Source: Octopus sinensis | Taxonomy: Eukaryota | Direction: 5' to 3' | DNA length: 64,000 nucleotides | Assembly (NCBI RefSeq): GCF_006345805.1 | Contig: NC_043002.1 | Location: 5,704,001 to 5,768,000 of the forward strand | Shown: positions 12,470 through 24,109 of the stretch, piece after piece | How the letters are laid out: every line of letters starts with the position of its first letter | Position numbering within the stretch: position 1 is the stretch's first letter | Notes under the pieces: model-generated | Databases searched by the model: none | What the model was told of the DNA's origin: nothing | What the model saw: only the letters and a program-made list of their open reading frames with translations | Position numbers and translations under genes: made by a program

Positions 12470-13005
12470 TGAGTGAGATAGTAGTGCATACATCAAAGTG
12501 ACACTGGGGTACAATTATACGAAGCCCTATATACCCGTCTGATAAGGTTACACTAGGCATATGCACCACAACCGCATGTGCACGACATGGTGATCTCATA
12601 TCAAGATAAGCAGCGCATAACCTTGCAGGTGGGGCCCAGTTAGAATTTTCTTCAGGTCAAGTAGCCCATCCTGCTCAAATGGTCCTTGAAAAAGGTTTGT
12701 TTAAGGATGATGAACAAAACACCCATATTTCCAGAGGTGAATTATTCAAACCCAAAGAATTCCTCTCAACACATGGCTATGATGCTCCCACACTATTTCT
12801 ATTCTTTATCAGTGGTGCACATATCGTCAGCCACTAAGGGACATGCTCATCTGGTTATGGTCAAACCACTGACAAGCAACTCTGTGGTATTGAGCAGAAT
12901 ATTTGCTGTAGCTCATCTTTTACACCAAGACAAAACAATATGCATGCTAACACTTCCAATTAGTTAAGATCAGAAGCTATGAAAGCCACTGCCTGGTATT
13001 GCATC
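12470..13005 (-). mobile_element. Unclassified 540 bp interspersed repeat with (TAA)n tail
   Basis: Homologous to 10740-11070 and 35230-35400; minus strand ends ...CTCACTCAATAATAATAATAA. Confidence 0.55.
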
Positions 13006-13061
13006 ATCATCATCATCATCATTATTACTATTATTATTGTTATTGTTATTATTATTATTAA

Positions 13062-13339
13062 TCCCGGAACGGGCTGCATGTTGTGTTCTTGAGCAAGGCA
13101 CTTTATTTCACGTTGCTCCAGTTCACTCAGCTGTAGAAATGAGTTGCGACGTCACTGGTGCCAAGCTGTATCGACCTTTGTCTTTCCCTTGGGTAACACT
13201 GGTGGCGTGGAGAGGGGAGGCTGGTATGCATGGGCGACTGCTGGTCTTCCATAAACAGCCTTGCCCGGACTTGTGTCTAGGAGGGTAACTTTCTAGGTGC
13301 AATCCCATGGTCTGTGTCGTGACCGAAGGGGGTCTCAGA
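13062..13339 (+). mobile_element. CORE-like SINE lacking its head (family D)
   Basis: GTTGTGTTCTTGAGCAAGGCACTT..CACGTTGCTCCAGTTCACTCAGCTG is shared with 37109-37360; followed by an (ATT)n tail. Confidence 0.65.
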
Positions 13340-13377
<38 letters not shown>

Positions 13378-13609
13378 TATTATTATTATTCTTTCCGACG
13401 CCGATGGACGTGCGTGAATCAGCTCCGTGAATTTGACACCAATTTCACTGGAAATTTGCCGATAAGTTTTGATATTTTTTAATATTTTTGTAGCCAAACC
13501 GACCGGCTTCTTGCGGAGCTCGTCGGTTGGGCGAAATTTTGCCCCATTCGGGGTGAAATTGCTGTTTATCCATTTGAAATTGACATTTTTTGCACACACA
13601 CATTACAAA

Positions 13610-15106
13610 ATGGCATTGAAACGAGCTGCTGGCTCTTCCCTCCTTCTTACAACACCCCCCCCCCCACACACACACACACAAGAACAAAAAATAACGTCAC
13701 GGGTTGCGAACAACCCATTTCAGGCCGTAAAAGGCAACAGAGCTCCTCCTTCCGAACCGGAGAGCACGCGCTCCGTTCAAAAGGAGAATGCAAGCCAGGA
13801 CGTCGCGTTCGACGTAATTCTCGATTTTCCCCCTCTGCCTTCACCCAATGCTTTGGTACGGAAGGAGGAGGAAGAAAAAACAATTACAAAAATCATTACA
13901 AACATTGACACGGAGAAAAAAGAAAAAACTTCCAACAATTTTGCTTCTGCTGCGAAGCAAATTTCGGAGGAAGTTAAGATAACTCTAGAAGATGTGAAAA
14001 AAGCGAAGGAGTTGTTGAGGAAGGATGGCAATGGCATCTTCCTCAATACTCCACAAGAGGTGATTGAAAGCACCAACAAGAAAACATAATATACAAAGTT
14101 TTCGACAGAAAACTAAAAAGAATGACAAATGCCACACCCCAACAGTTGGAGATAGCTCTAAAGCCCATTTGGGCCCAAAAGAGCTACGTAACCAAGGGGA
14201 AGCGTTTTGGAACCGTGGAGGTTCGCTTCCCAACAGAGGAGCTTGCAAGGGCGAACGCCATTTCGCCCTTGCAAACTGAAAATTTGTTACTAGTTCCGAC
14301 CCACCTCGGGCGAAGAGTAACAAAAATAAAAATCGACCTCGCCCCACCTGAGCTAGATATGTCATGGCTAGTGGCAGCTGTCCTCTATGATATAGAGGAC
14401 ACTACCACCATTCTAGATGTCAGGAGAGTGAGGGCGAAAAACTGGTTGGGGATGGGAGTGCTGCTTCTTGCGCAAATTCAGCAAGAGAATATAAGTAAAG
14501 TCCCTGATTTCGTAAGTTTGCCGGACGGCACCAGGCTAAACGTTGCTGTGGAGGGGCGAAAGCCAAAATGTTTTCTCTGCAGCAGCGAAAGCCACTTAAA
14601 GAGGGACTGTCCCATTCACAAAAAGAGGATGGAGGCTTTCAGCAAGAGGCAGCAGCAACACAACAACAACAACAACAACAACAACACAAGCAACAACAAC
14701 AGAAACAACAAAACAGCAAGAAACACCAAAGGCTGCCACACACCAACACCATCACCAACACCAGCACCAAGACGAACAACACCACCTCCAACAACAACAA
14801 CCACCACCAAACCAACACCGACAACCACCACCAAACCAACACCGACACCAGTACCTCGAAGGTCGACAGCAGCGACATCAACAGTAACAGGAGCAGCGGC
14901 ACCACCGATACCGGCGGCGGAACCAAAAACTTTTCGTCCTGCTACTGAAGCAGACCCCTCAACCATTCCTTTGCCGGATGAAGAGATCTCGGATTGTGCG
15001 AGCTCTGATTCCAACAAAGGAGAATGGAACATAGTGCCTCCAAAAAAGAAAGGAGGAGGAAAAAACAAAAAGATTTACAGGGGAAACACGAACAAATAGT
15101 ACTTCC

Positions 15107-15138
<32 letters not shown>

Positions 15139-15578
15139 CACTCACAACAACAACAACAACAACAACACTTTCGACACCACTACTGCCACTACCACAGACA
15201 CAAACAAACACAGACACAATTACAGACACGATTACAGCAGTGAATACAAGAAACCAGGAACTGGTTGAGTATTTGAAAAACAAAACAAGCACAAACATTA
15301 CAGATTTCATAATACCTACACACAACACACCACCAGCACACATTCTCACAATAAAAATAAACAAAACAGTTTACAACGAAATAAAACAAATATTCCCTAA
15401 CGATGTGGGATCGTTAGGGAAAAGTTTCTCTCAGAAACTTTACAAAAATATTATTGAAGCACCGTGCAAAAGCACAAGGGAGCCCACCCCACCACCAACA
15501 ACAGTAAGTAGAGCCTTTTTTCTCCTTTTTTTTCCCCTAACTTTTGAAACATGGCAAATCTTAGAATCGGTTGCTTGA
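13610..15578 (+). pseudogene. Tx1 ORF1 (gag-like), in three frames: 13610-14089, about 14070-15099, 15024-15578
   Basis: ATG at 13610; zinc knuckle CFLCSSESHLKRDC at about 14568-14609; Pro/Thr-rich and poly-Asn/Thr linkers; two -1 frame changes. Confidence 0.7.
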
Positions 15579-18500
15579 ATGTGAGAGGCCTCGGGTCACC
15601 TTGGAAACAGGGTCACCTGTTAAACGACCTGAGGTTTCATGATGTGGATGTAGCAGCCATCAGTGAAACCAGGCTCTCCGACCCGCAGGAACTCGCAGCC
15701 CTTTTCGGCGGATACGAGATATTTCTATCTCCGTGTCGGCCGGGAGCGGGCGGTGGTGGTACTGCGGTGTTGTTTCGGAAGGGCCTGGACCTGAAAATAA
15801 GGACAGTCTTCTTGGATCCGGAAGGTAAGTTGGTGGTCCTCGACGTCGACGGTAGTGACGGCGGTGCTTTCAGACTGCTGGCTGCCTACGCTCCGACAGG
15901 AGCAGGGCAGTCGGATTATTTCAAACGTCTGGAAGTTTTCCTGGGAACGTCACGCACTCTAGTGCTAGTTGGGGATTGGAACGCTGTCTTAGACGAACGT
16001 TTCGATCGGGTGGGCAGGGGAGCGTCTGATAGGAGAGGGGGAGGGTGCAAGAGCCTCGCCAACCTACTCGGCCGCTTTCAGCTGTCCGACAGGTTTCGAC
16101 TAGACAACCCGAATGTGCCAATGTGGACTTGGACAAACCGCATCGGGTCGTCTAGATCGTACTTAGATAGAGTGTTTTGTAGGCCAGCGGATAAGGACAG
16201 CGTAGGGTGTCCACAATTCCACCTAGTCGAATATACGGACCACAAATTAGTGATCTGTACGGTCGACTTAGATAGGCTACATAGACAGGGACCCGGCTAC
16301 TGGAAGCTGAACGCGTCGTTAACGGCGTGCAAAGCTTACAGAGACCGGATTAGTTTACTAGTTAAGCGGGCGCTCACGGGGGCAATCATCAACAACAACT
16401 GGTGGTTTGCCTCTCAAGAGAGCAATTAGAGTAGAGTCGATTAGGTATAGTAAGACTCTAGCTATTGAACGTAGGAAGAGAGAGCGGGATTTAGTTAAGA
16501 AACTAGACGAGGCTCTTGACACTGGCATCGCGACCGACGTGTTGGCGGCAAGGTTGGCCCTCGACCAACACTTCGACGCCAAACACGAAGGCTGCGTTGT
16601 CAGAGCTAAGGCACGTTCGCTAAGCGGGGAGGGGACTAGAGCCGCTCGATGGGCCCGCGTGGCGGAGGCGAAGCGAGGCAACAGAGCAACCATTCGGTCT
16701 TTGGTGGACCAGAACGGGCGCGAGGTTACCGAACCGAAGCAGATGTGTACGGTGCTTCAGCGGCACTTTGCTCAACTGTTTGGGACGAGCGGTGGAACGG
16801 ACACCAACGGTACAGACTTCGGTGTGTACCTGGACGGCCTACCGCAACTCTCGGACAGCGAGGCAGAGTGCTGCGAAGGACCGATCTGCCTGGGAAGTAC
16901 AGGAAGCGATGAAGAGTTGCACGAGAGGTAGATCGCCGGGTTTGGATGGTCTGCCCTACGAGCTTTACTTTTCAATGCCAGACTTGTTTGCGGACCTGTT
17001 GGCAAACGTCTACTGCAACTGGCAGCAAAACGGGAGAATTCCTGCTTTTGTCTGTCGAGGGGTGGTGGCTTTGCTAAAGAAGGACCCAAACAAGGGGGAC
17101 GTTATAGGGAATTTCCGGCCCATCACTCTGCTCAATGCAGAGTTGAAGATTTTGGCCAAGGTGCTAGCCAAGAGATTGGCGCTTGTCGTGGACAAGCTGG
17201 TCGGCAAGACGCAGACATGCGCCGTGCCGACCAGGTCGATACACGACAACCTCCATCTCATGCGCTACATCATAGAGAGGGTGGGTAACGACGCTGGCGC
17301 GGGTGGGGCTTTGATCAACTTGGATCAGAGTAAAGCCTTCGATAGGGTCGACCATCGGTACCTGGCAGCTGTCCTCAGGGCAGCCGGTTTCGGTCCAGTC
17401 TTCCGCGGGTGGATCGCTGCTTTATACAGCAACATCTGCTCGGTGATACGGGTGAACGGTCACCTTTCGGAACCGTTCGACATCTCGTTCGGTCCGCCAA
17501 GGATGCCCTCTCTCCTCCCTCTTGTACATTTTGACTCTCGAGCCATTACTGCGCAAGTTGGAGGCTTTGAGGGGTATCCCGCGCGATCTAGGAGGCGGAA
17601 ACAGCGTGTCTGCTTATGCCGACGACGTCACCGTGGTGGTGTCGAACCACAGGCACATTGGCCTGATTGGCGAGACGCTAAACCAGTACGAAGCGGTGAC
17701 AGGAGCAAAGATTAACGCGGAAAAGTCTGTGGGCTTGCAACTGGGCACCTGGAGAGGCAAGCCCATGCCGTCCAACAGCGTCGTAGGGCGCTGGACAGAC
17801 GGACCCGTTAAACTGCTCGGGGTCTGGTTCGGTCCGGACCTCCAGGTGGATAAGAACTGGGAAGAGGTGACGAGCAGGGTGGCACGTCTCACCCAGAAAT
17901 GGGCCGAGAGGAAGCTGTCCCTGAAAGGTCGGGCGGAGGTGGCGAATGCGTACATCGCATCCGTCATCTATTACCGCTTGACCGTCGTCCCTTGTCCCGA
18001 CCGCTGGTTGGCCAAGCTGGTACGCCTGCTCTTCGACTTTTTGTGGAAGGGTCAGGTGCCACTGGTCAGGCGATCCATCTGCTGTCAACGACCGCTGAAC
18101 GGAGGCCTTGGAATGCCGTGGTTGCTGTTGCGCAGACATGCGCTCAGGCTGCGGCATCTCAAGCGCTTCCTAGACGGTGAACAGGTGTGGTCGTTTTTTG
18201 TCAGGCGCGATTTTCCGCAGCTCGTCTCTTTGACGGAGCTGCAGACCTGGATCAAACGTAGACCGAGAAAGGCCGCTTGGCACCTCGAGTGCCGTCAAGC
18301 CCTCTCCGCCCTCCGCCAGGCAGGCAATGCGGTCGGTTACAGCTCCACTCTAGCGTTCTATAGAGGGTTAGTGGAGGAAAAATGCGACGACGTTCTCGGG
18401 GAAACTCTAGACGTTGAAGACGACAAACTGTGCGGTCTGTTCGGGAGGACTTTCGGGCCGGGGCCGATGGATAATTTCCAGAGGTCTCTCGCCTGGCAGT

Positions 18501-18982
18501 GCTACCGAGGGGCTCTGCCTGTTCGAGATAAACTCTACCGGCACGGAAGTGCCGTCAGCCGGGCCTGCCCGAGGTGTTGCCAGGACGACGAAACCGTTCT
18601 GCACGCACTCGTCCAGTGCCCGAGTATTGCTGAAATATGGGTTTATGTCGAACAGCTACTGTCACGTGTAGGACGGATCCGACTATCGGCCGAATCCATT
18701 GTGAAGATTGCCCCGCCGACCTCCTTTAACAAGGAGGGCGAGGCCGTTTTCTTGTGCCTTGTGGCTGTGGCGAAAGAAGTTGTGTGGTGGACTCGTTTGA
18801 AAGGGCTAAAGTCAGACACTTTCCTCTTTGGTCAAGGCCTCATCAACTTTTTCAAGTTTCACTTGAAAAGGAAGATGAGGTTAGAGAGGAAAGTGCTGTC
18901 CGATAGCAAGTTTTATGAAAGGTGGGTGAATTGTGCGAGACTGGCCTGTATAAATGGACCAGTTCTCAGGTTTCGCCTGTGA
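15551..18982 (+). pseudogene. Tx1 ORF2: APE endonuclease, reverse transcriptase, C-terminal Zn finger
   Basis: LNVRGL, AAISET, GDWNAV, SYLDRVF, YTDHKLV (APE); SPGLDGLPYELY, NFRPITLLN, LDQSKAFDRVDH, SVRQGCPLS, YADD (RT); CPRC..ETVLHALVQC. Frameshifts at about 16412, 16890 and 17490; no in-frame stops seen within the segments. Confidence 0.9.
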
Positions 18983-19260
18983 TTTCAAAAAAGGTAATAC
19001 AAAAAGAGAAAAAAAGGGGACTCTCTACACCCCCTTTTTAGACCAGGCTCCCGTTGGCTTTTGTAGGGTTTTTTCCACCAGGAACCTTTCGAAACGTCTC
19101 CCCCTTTTGGGAGTTTTTCATTGTTTTTAATAATCATTGTTATAAAGTTTTTTACACGGATTTTTTAACAAACGGACAAAACCCTTTGTAACCTTTCGTC
19201 CTGTCTTGTCCCTTTATGTAATCATGCGTGTCAGCCCTTGTGGCCAATAAAAAAGAATTG

Positions 19261-19301
<41 letters not shown>

Positions 19302-19428
19302 CATCATCATCATTATTATTATTGTTGTTGTTGTTGTTGTTGTTGTTGTTATTGTTGTTGTTCTTGTTCTTATTGTTGTTGTTGTTGTTCTTGTTGTTGT
19401 TGTTCTTGTTGTTGTTGTTGTTGTTGTT
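19261..19428. repeat. (ATT)n/(GTT)n microsatellite
   Basis: Directly visible; 3' flank of the Tx1 element. Confidence 0.95.
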
Positions 19429-19429
19429 A

Positions 19430-19910
19430 AGGTGGTGAACTGCCAGACTTGTTAGCACGCCGGGCTAAATGCTTAGCGGAATTTTGCCCGTCGCTAAATT
19501 CTGAGTTCAAATTCCGCCAAGGTCGACTTTACCTCTCATCCTTTCGGGGTTGATAAATTAAGTATCAGTGAGACACTGAGGTCAATATAATCGACGGATC
19601 CTCTTCCCTAAAATGGCTGCCCTTATGGTAAAATTTGAAACCATTATCGTTATTATTATTACAGGCGGCGACTTGGCAGAATCGTTAGCACGCCGGACAA
19701 AATGCTTAGCGGCATTTCATTTCGTCCATCTTTACGCTCTGAGTTCAAATGCCGCCGAGGTCGACTTCACCTTTTACCCTTTCGGGGTTGATAAAATAAG
19801 TACTAGTTGAGTACTAGGGCCGACGTAATCGACTTATCCCTTCCCCCAAATTTTCGGGCCTTGTGCCTACAGTAGAAACAATTATTATTATTATTATTAT
19901 ATTATTATTA

Positions 19911-19948
<38 letters not shown>

Positions 19949-20165
19949 ACGTATAAAAGGCGGCGAGTTAACAGAATCATTAGCATGCCGGACTAAATAC
20001 TTAGCAGTTATTTCATCCGTCTTCGTATTCTGAGTTCAAATGTCGCCGCGGTCGACTTTACTTTCATCCCTTCAAGGTTAATAAAATAAGTACCAGCTGA
20101 CTACTAGGGTCGATGTAATCGACTTAGCCCACACCACCGAAATTGCTGGCCTTGTGCCAAAATTT
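19430..20165 (+). mobile_element. Three consecutive SINE A-variant copies (about 19430-19640, 19664-19880, 19960-20165)
   Basis: Each has GGCGGCGA..GGCAGAATC.TTAGCA, GAGTTCAAAT..CGCC.AGGTCGACTT, TCGGGGT.GATAAA.TAAGTAC and an ATT-type tail. Confidence 0.8.
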
Positions 20166-20419
20166 GAAATTATTATCACACCTGTTCGTTGTTATTAGTA
20201 AACAGTCTAAAAGAGTTCCTTGCCCTTAGTTGCTGTTAATGTCACCCGGAATACTCTCCCTTCCAACTGGCATTCTATGATAAACAATTTTTCACGCGGT
20301 TCAAATTACAAAATACAGAAAAGGATGAAAAGACAATTCTTGTTGTCTAAATTAACAAATGGACCTACTTCAAAATAAGGGAGACTCCTAGATGAATAAA
20401 TACTGAATCTTTTTTTACA

Positions 20420-20790
20420 AAACAATAACTCTGAGCACCTTTTCAAACTCCACCTGTCTAACACCCGTGGACATGTTTACAAAGTCAGAAAACAGCACAG
20501 CTCCTTCCATGACTTTAGGAAACATTTTTTCATGCTAAGAGTTGCTGAAGCATGGAACAAACTGCCGGCATCAGTTGTTAGTTGTCGGAGCACTGCATCC
20601 TTCAAAACGTCCATGCTTCCTGAGATTCGCCAACACTACACCTGATTTTCTCCCCTCCATACACATGCAAGCATCTATCTGTTTGCTTCCCAGACATTTG
20701 TACATTACTGCATATGCTTTATACGCACTTTTTGACAAGTTGTGGTGCACCTGAGCACTGTATACAATAATTTCATTATTATTTATTATA
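20420..20790 (+). mobile_element. CR1-like LINE 3' end
   Basis: HLFKLHLSNTRGHVYKVRK...FRKHFFMLRVAEAWNKLPASVV..FK, then 3'UTR ending in ATTATT. Confidence 0.8.
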
Positions 20791-21309
20791 TAAAACCACT
20801 TAATGAAATGAAGTGATACTATAGTGTTGAGCTATGATGATGTGTGCATATGATGATACTCGTGTGTGTGTGCGTGTGGGGGGGGGGGTATAAATACATC
20901 TAGGCTTTGAGAGTGAATTTGGCAGGTGGGAAAGTGGAAATTGCACAGGAACTTGACGTGTGTGTCTCTGTGTGTGTATACATGCATGGCATTGTAAATA
21001 TTTGTGCTTCTTTTTAGTATTTATCACTTGAGAGCTGGTATTAGTTTGTTTACATCTACGTAACCTTGCAGTTCAACAAAAAGACATTGACAGAATAATC
21101 ACAAGAGTTTAAAATAAGTACTGAGAGAGAGATCTGAACAACTAAACCCTTTGGTGTCTCAGCATTATCACAGTCCAATGATTAAAACACGTAAAAGAAA
21201 AGAAAGAAATATCCTTTGGGAGTTGATAAAGTACCAGCTGAGTTCTGGGGGTCAATGCAATCGAGTAGCCCTCTTTTTTAAAATGACAAACCTTGTTCCT
21301 AAAGACGAA

Positions 21310-21624
21310 ATTATTATTATCATTATTGTTATTGTTGTTGTTGTTATTATTATTATTATTATATCATTATTATTATTGTTGTTGTTATTATTACTATTAT
21401 TGTTATTGATATTATTATTATTGTTATTATTATTATTATTATTATTATATTATTATTATTATTGTTGTTGTTATTATTATTATTACTATTATTGTTATTG
21501 ATATTATTATTATTATTATTATATTATTATTATTATTATTATTATATTATTATTATTATTGTTGTTGTTATTATTATTACTATTATTGTTATTGATATTA
21601 TTATTATTGTTATTATTATTATTA
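21310..21624. repeat. (ATT)n/(GTT)n microsatellite with a higher-order unit of about 90 bp
   Basis: The variant string TTGTTGTTATT..ACTATTATTGTTATTGATATTATT occurs three times (about 21376, 21465, 21560). Confidence 0.8.
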
Positions 21625-22137
21625 TCTCTTATTATAAAAGGCAGATTTTATCTGCCTCCCTTTGGGAGTTATACAAATCTACAATATAGGATTTCTTCAA
21701 TTACAATTTACCTTGCATTTTTAAGAGTACAATGCATCGCGTCATGCCAGGTCCAGTTTTTAAAATTTAAACTCCAGTTAAGCAAAATTTACAGAAAACT
21801 CACATTCTGGTGTGTGTGTCAAATGCTTTTCTTAGTCTGGTTTACACCACACGCAAACGCACACACACAGTGGGCAACGAATAAAATGAAAGTAATTGAC
21901 TTACTGTAGTGAGTGATTCTTTCACTCTGCCTCCCACTTCCTCTTTCCACACAGACACGCAAATATATAAATAAAATTGTAAGCTAACGTGCGTGTGTGT
22001 GAGTGGGTGTGTGTGGGTTTGCGCGTGTGTGTGTGAGGGTGCGTGTGTGTGTGTGTGTGTGTGTGCGTGTGCGTGAGTGTGTGACAGGAAAGTTTTTTTA
22101 CGACCAATATAACACCTATATCCAAGTAGCAGAAAGA
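21625..22137 (+). mobile_element. Helitron-like family 2, 5' part
   Basis: A|TCTCTTATTATAAAAG start, then hairpin GGCAGAT-TTT-ATCTGCC and an internal (GT)n; homologous copies at 23330-23591 (-) and 60583-61361 (-). Confidence 0.65.
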
Positions 22138-22430
22138 TAAGACAGTAAGGTGTGATTTGAGGGAGATTTGGCTGCTATTTCTCCCTCATAGGCTCATACA
22201 TACATATATACATAGATAAGACAGTAAGGTGTGATTTGGGGGAAATTTGGCTGCTATTTCTACCAGGTCTAGCTGCCATGTAGGGGTCTTCCTCATAGGC
22301 TCATACATACATATATACATAGATAAGACAGTAAGGTGTGATTTGGGGGAAATTTGGCTGCTATTTCTACCAGGTCTAGCTGCCATGTAGGGGTCTCCCT
22401 CATAGGCTCATACATACATATATACATAGA
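22138..22430 (+). repeat. Tandem array of a unit of about 107 bp (3 copies, first one deleted)
   Basis: TAAGACAGTAAGGTGTGATTTG.GGG..ATTTGGCTGCTATTTCT... at 22138, about 22217 and about 22324; more copies at 23592-23747. Confidence 0.9.
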
Positions 22431-22824
22431 CTAGCAGTATCGCCCGGCGTTGCTCGGGTTGTAAGGGAAATAACTATATAAGCATTTTTAGAGAGTTATA
22501 GCCAAAAATAGCAAAAAACATGCATTAAAAATTGAAAAAAAATTAAGGTAAATTTTTTTTAAATCGTTGACACATCGTAGATATTTTTAGAGAGTTACTT
22601 CCCTTATATAAAAGCGAAAAAAATGCATTAAAATAGAAAAATATGATGGTAAATTTTTTTTAAATCGTAGACTCATCGTAGACGCGCGCTAATACCCAGA
22701 AGGGCTCGATATGAATCACGACTATAAGATACCCGCTTTTGGTTAAACTGCACCGCAAAATGTGGGAGTAATTACGAATGTAAATCGAAGGGGACTGACA
22801 CACAACTTCACTCTTATATAAAGA
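22431..22824 (-). mobile_element. Non-autonomous Helitron family 1
   Basis: Minus strand A|TCTTTATATAAGAG ... ACCCGAGCAACGCCGGGCGATACTGCTAG|T; homologous to 24531-24925. Confidence 0.85.
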
Positions 22825-22825
22825 T

Positions 22826-23154
22826 GCTTTTTTTTTTCAGTCATAGAGTTAGATTTATGAAGGTCTTCAGTAGAAAATCCTTCGAATTCTGACTCGCTGC
22901 TTGATATAATGAAATTCGTATCCATTTTTTGTCAGAATTACAAATTTTGAAAACACAATAGGAACAAATTTCGGAAAAAAATCTCCCATAATTCACGGAA
23001 TTAAAATTACACTTCGATTTTTGTACAAAACTGTATTTGAAGTGTTTACGAAGTATAATACGTGTTTTCACGAATGTACTAAAGAGATTTACTCTGATAT
23101 TCTCATTTAAATATGAATAGGTAAATTCGGGCGGTTTGGTAACGAAAGGGTTTA
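22826..23154 (-). mobile_element. piggyBac-like element 5' end with transposase-like N-terminus
   Basis: Minus strand starts TAAACCCTTTCGTTACC (TTAACCCTT-type end); the ATG at 22925 gives MDTNFIISSSESEFEGFSTEDL, an acidic FEGF-type N-terminus; truncated by the Helitron. Confidence 0.4.
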
Positions 23155-23329
23155 TATAAGTGTCGTCTGTTTATACATAAACACTGTTTCATAGTTTCAG
23201 TTTAGTCTTCCTCAAATCACTGTCGCTAATTTACTCTCTTCCAAGAACATTTTCACTCACTGTTATCTGTTAGCTTCCCATACATTTTACTCATGTATCT
23301 ATCAGCGTGATAGACAGAAACAAATATTA

Positions 23330-23591
23330 CATTTACTTTCATTTTATTCGTCGCCCACTGTGTGTGTGCGTTTGCGTGTGCTGTAAACCAGACTAAGAAA
23401 AGCATTTGACACACACACCAGAATGTGAGTTTTCTGTAAATTTTGCTTAATTGGAGTTTAAATTTTAAAAACTGGACCTGGCATTGTACTCTTAAAACTG
23501 CTAGGTAAATTGTAATTGAAGAAATCCTATATTGTAGATTTGTATAACTCCCAAAGGGAGGCAGATAAAATCTGCCTTTTATAATAAGAGA
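23330..23591 (-). mobile_element. Helitron-like family 2, 5' part
   Basis: Reverse complement of 21625-21890. Confidence 0.7.
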
Positions 23592-23819
23592 TAAGACAGT
23601 AAGGTGTGATTTGGGGGAAATTTGGCTGCTATTTCTACCAGGTCTAGCTACCATGTAGAGGTCCCCCTCATTGGCTCATATATATATACATACATAAGAC
23701 AGTAAGGTGTGATTTGAGGGAGATTTGGCTGCTGTTTCTACCAGGTCTGTTAGGCCTTCTCATGTAAACTCAAGCTTTCTCATGCCTTGAACATAAGACC
23801 AAAGCAGAGAATGTATTCT

Positions 23820-24060
23820 TTTATTCTTCTGCTTTTTCCAGCCATTGGTCTGTGGCCATGCTGGGGCAATGCCTTGAAGAATTGTAGTTTAATGAATCAA
23901 CTCGTTTTATTTTTGTAAGCATTGTACTTATTCTATCTGTTTCCTTTGTCAAACCACTAGGTGACAGGGATGTAAACAAACCAACATTCGTTGTCAAGCA
24001 GTGGTGGAGGACAATCACAAGCACAGACACGCACACACACACATACATGCATACACATAT
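23820..24060 (-). mobile_element. Degenerate SINE family B (3' half)
   Basis: TGTGGCCATGCTGGGGCAATGCC, GGATGTAAACAAACCAACA, GGAGGACAATCACAAGCACAGACAC match the reverse complement of family B. Confidence 0.6.
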
Positions 24061-24109
24061 ACACACATACATACATACATACATATATATATATGTGTGT
24101 ATATATATA

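Larger units (their letters stand above)
13391..19255 (+). mobile_element. Near full-length Tx1/L1-clade non-LTR retrotransposon
   Basis: 5'UTR, ORF1 with CX2CX4HX4C knuckle, ORF2 APE-RT-zf, 3'UTR ending AATAAAAAAG; (ATT)n directly on both flanks. Confidence 0.92.

Noticed and set aside
13647-18671. Many antisense and alternate-frame ORFs within the Tx1 element
   Set aside because: Expected shadows of GC-rich coding sequence; no recognisable domains.
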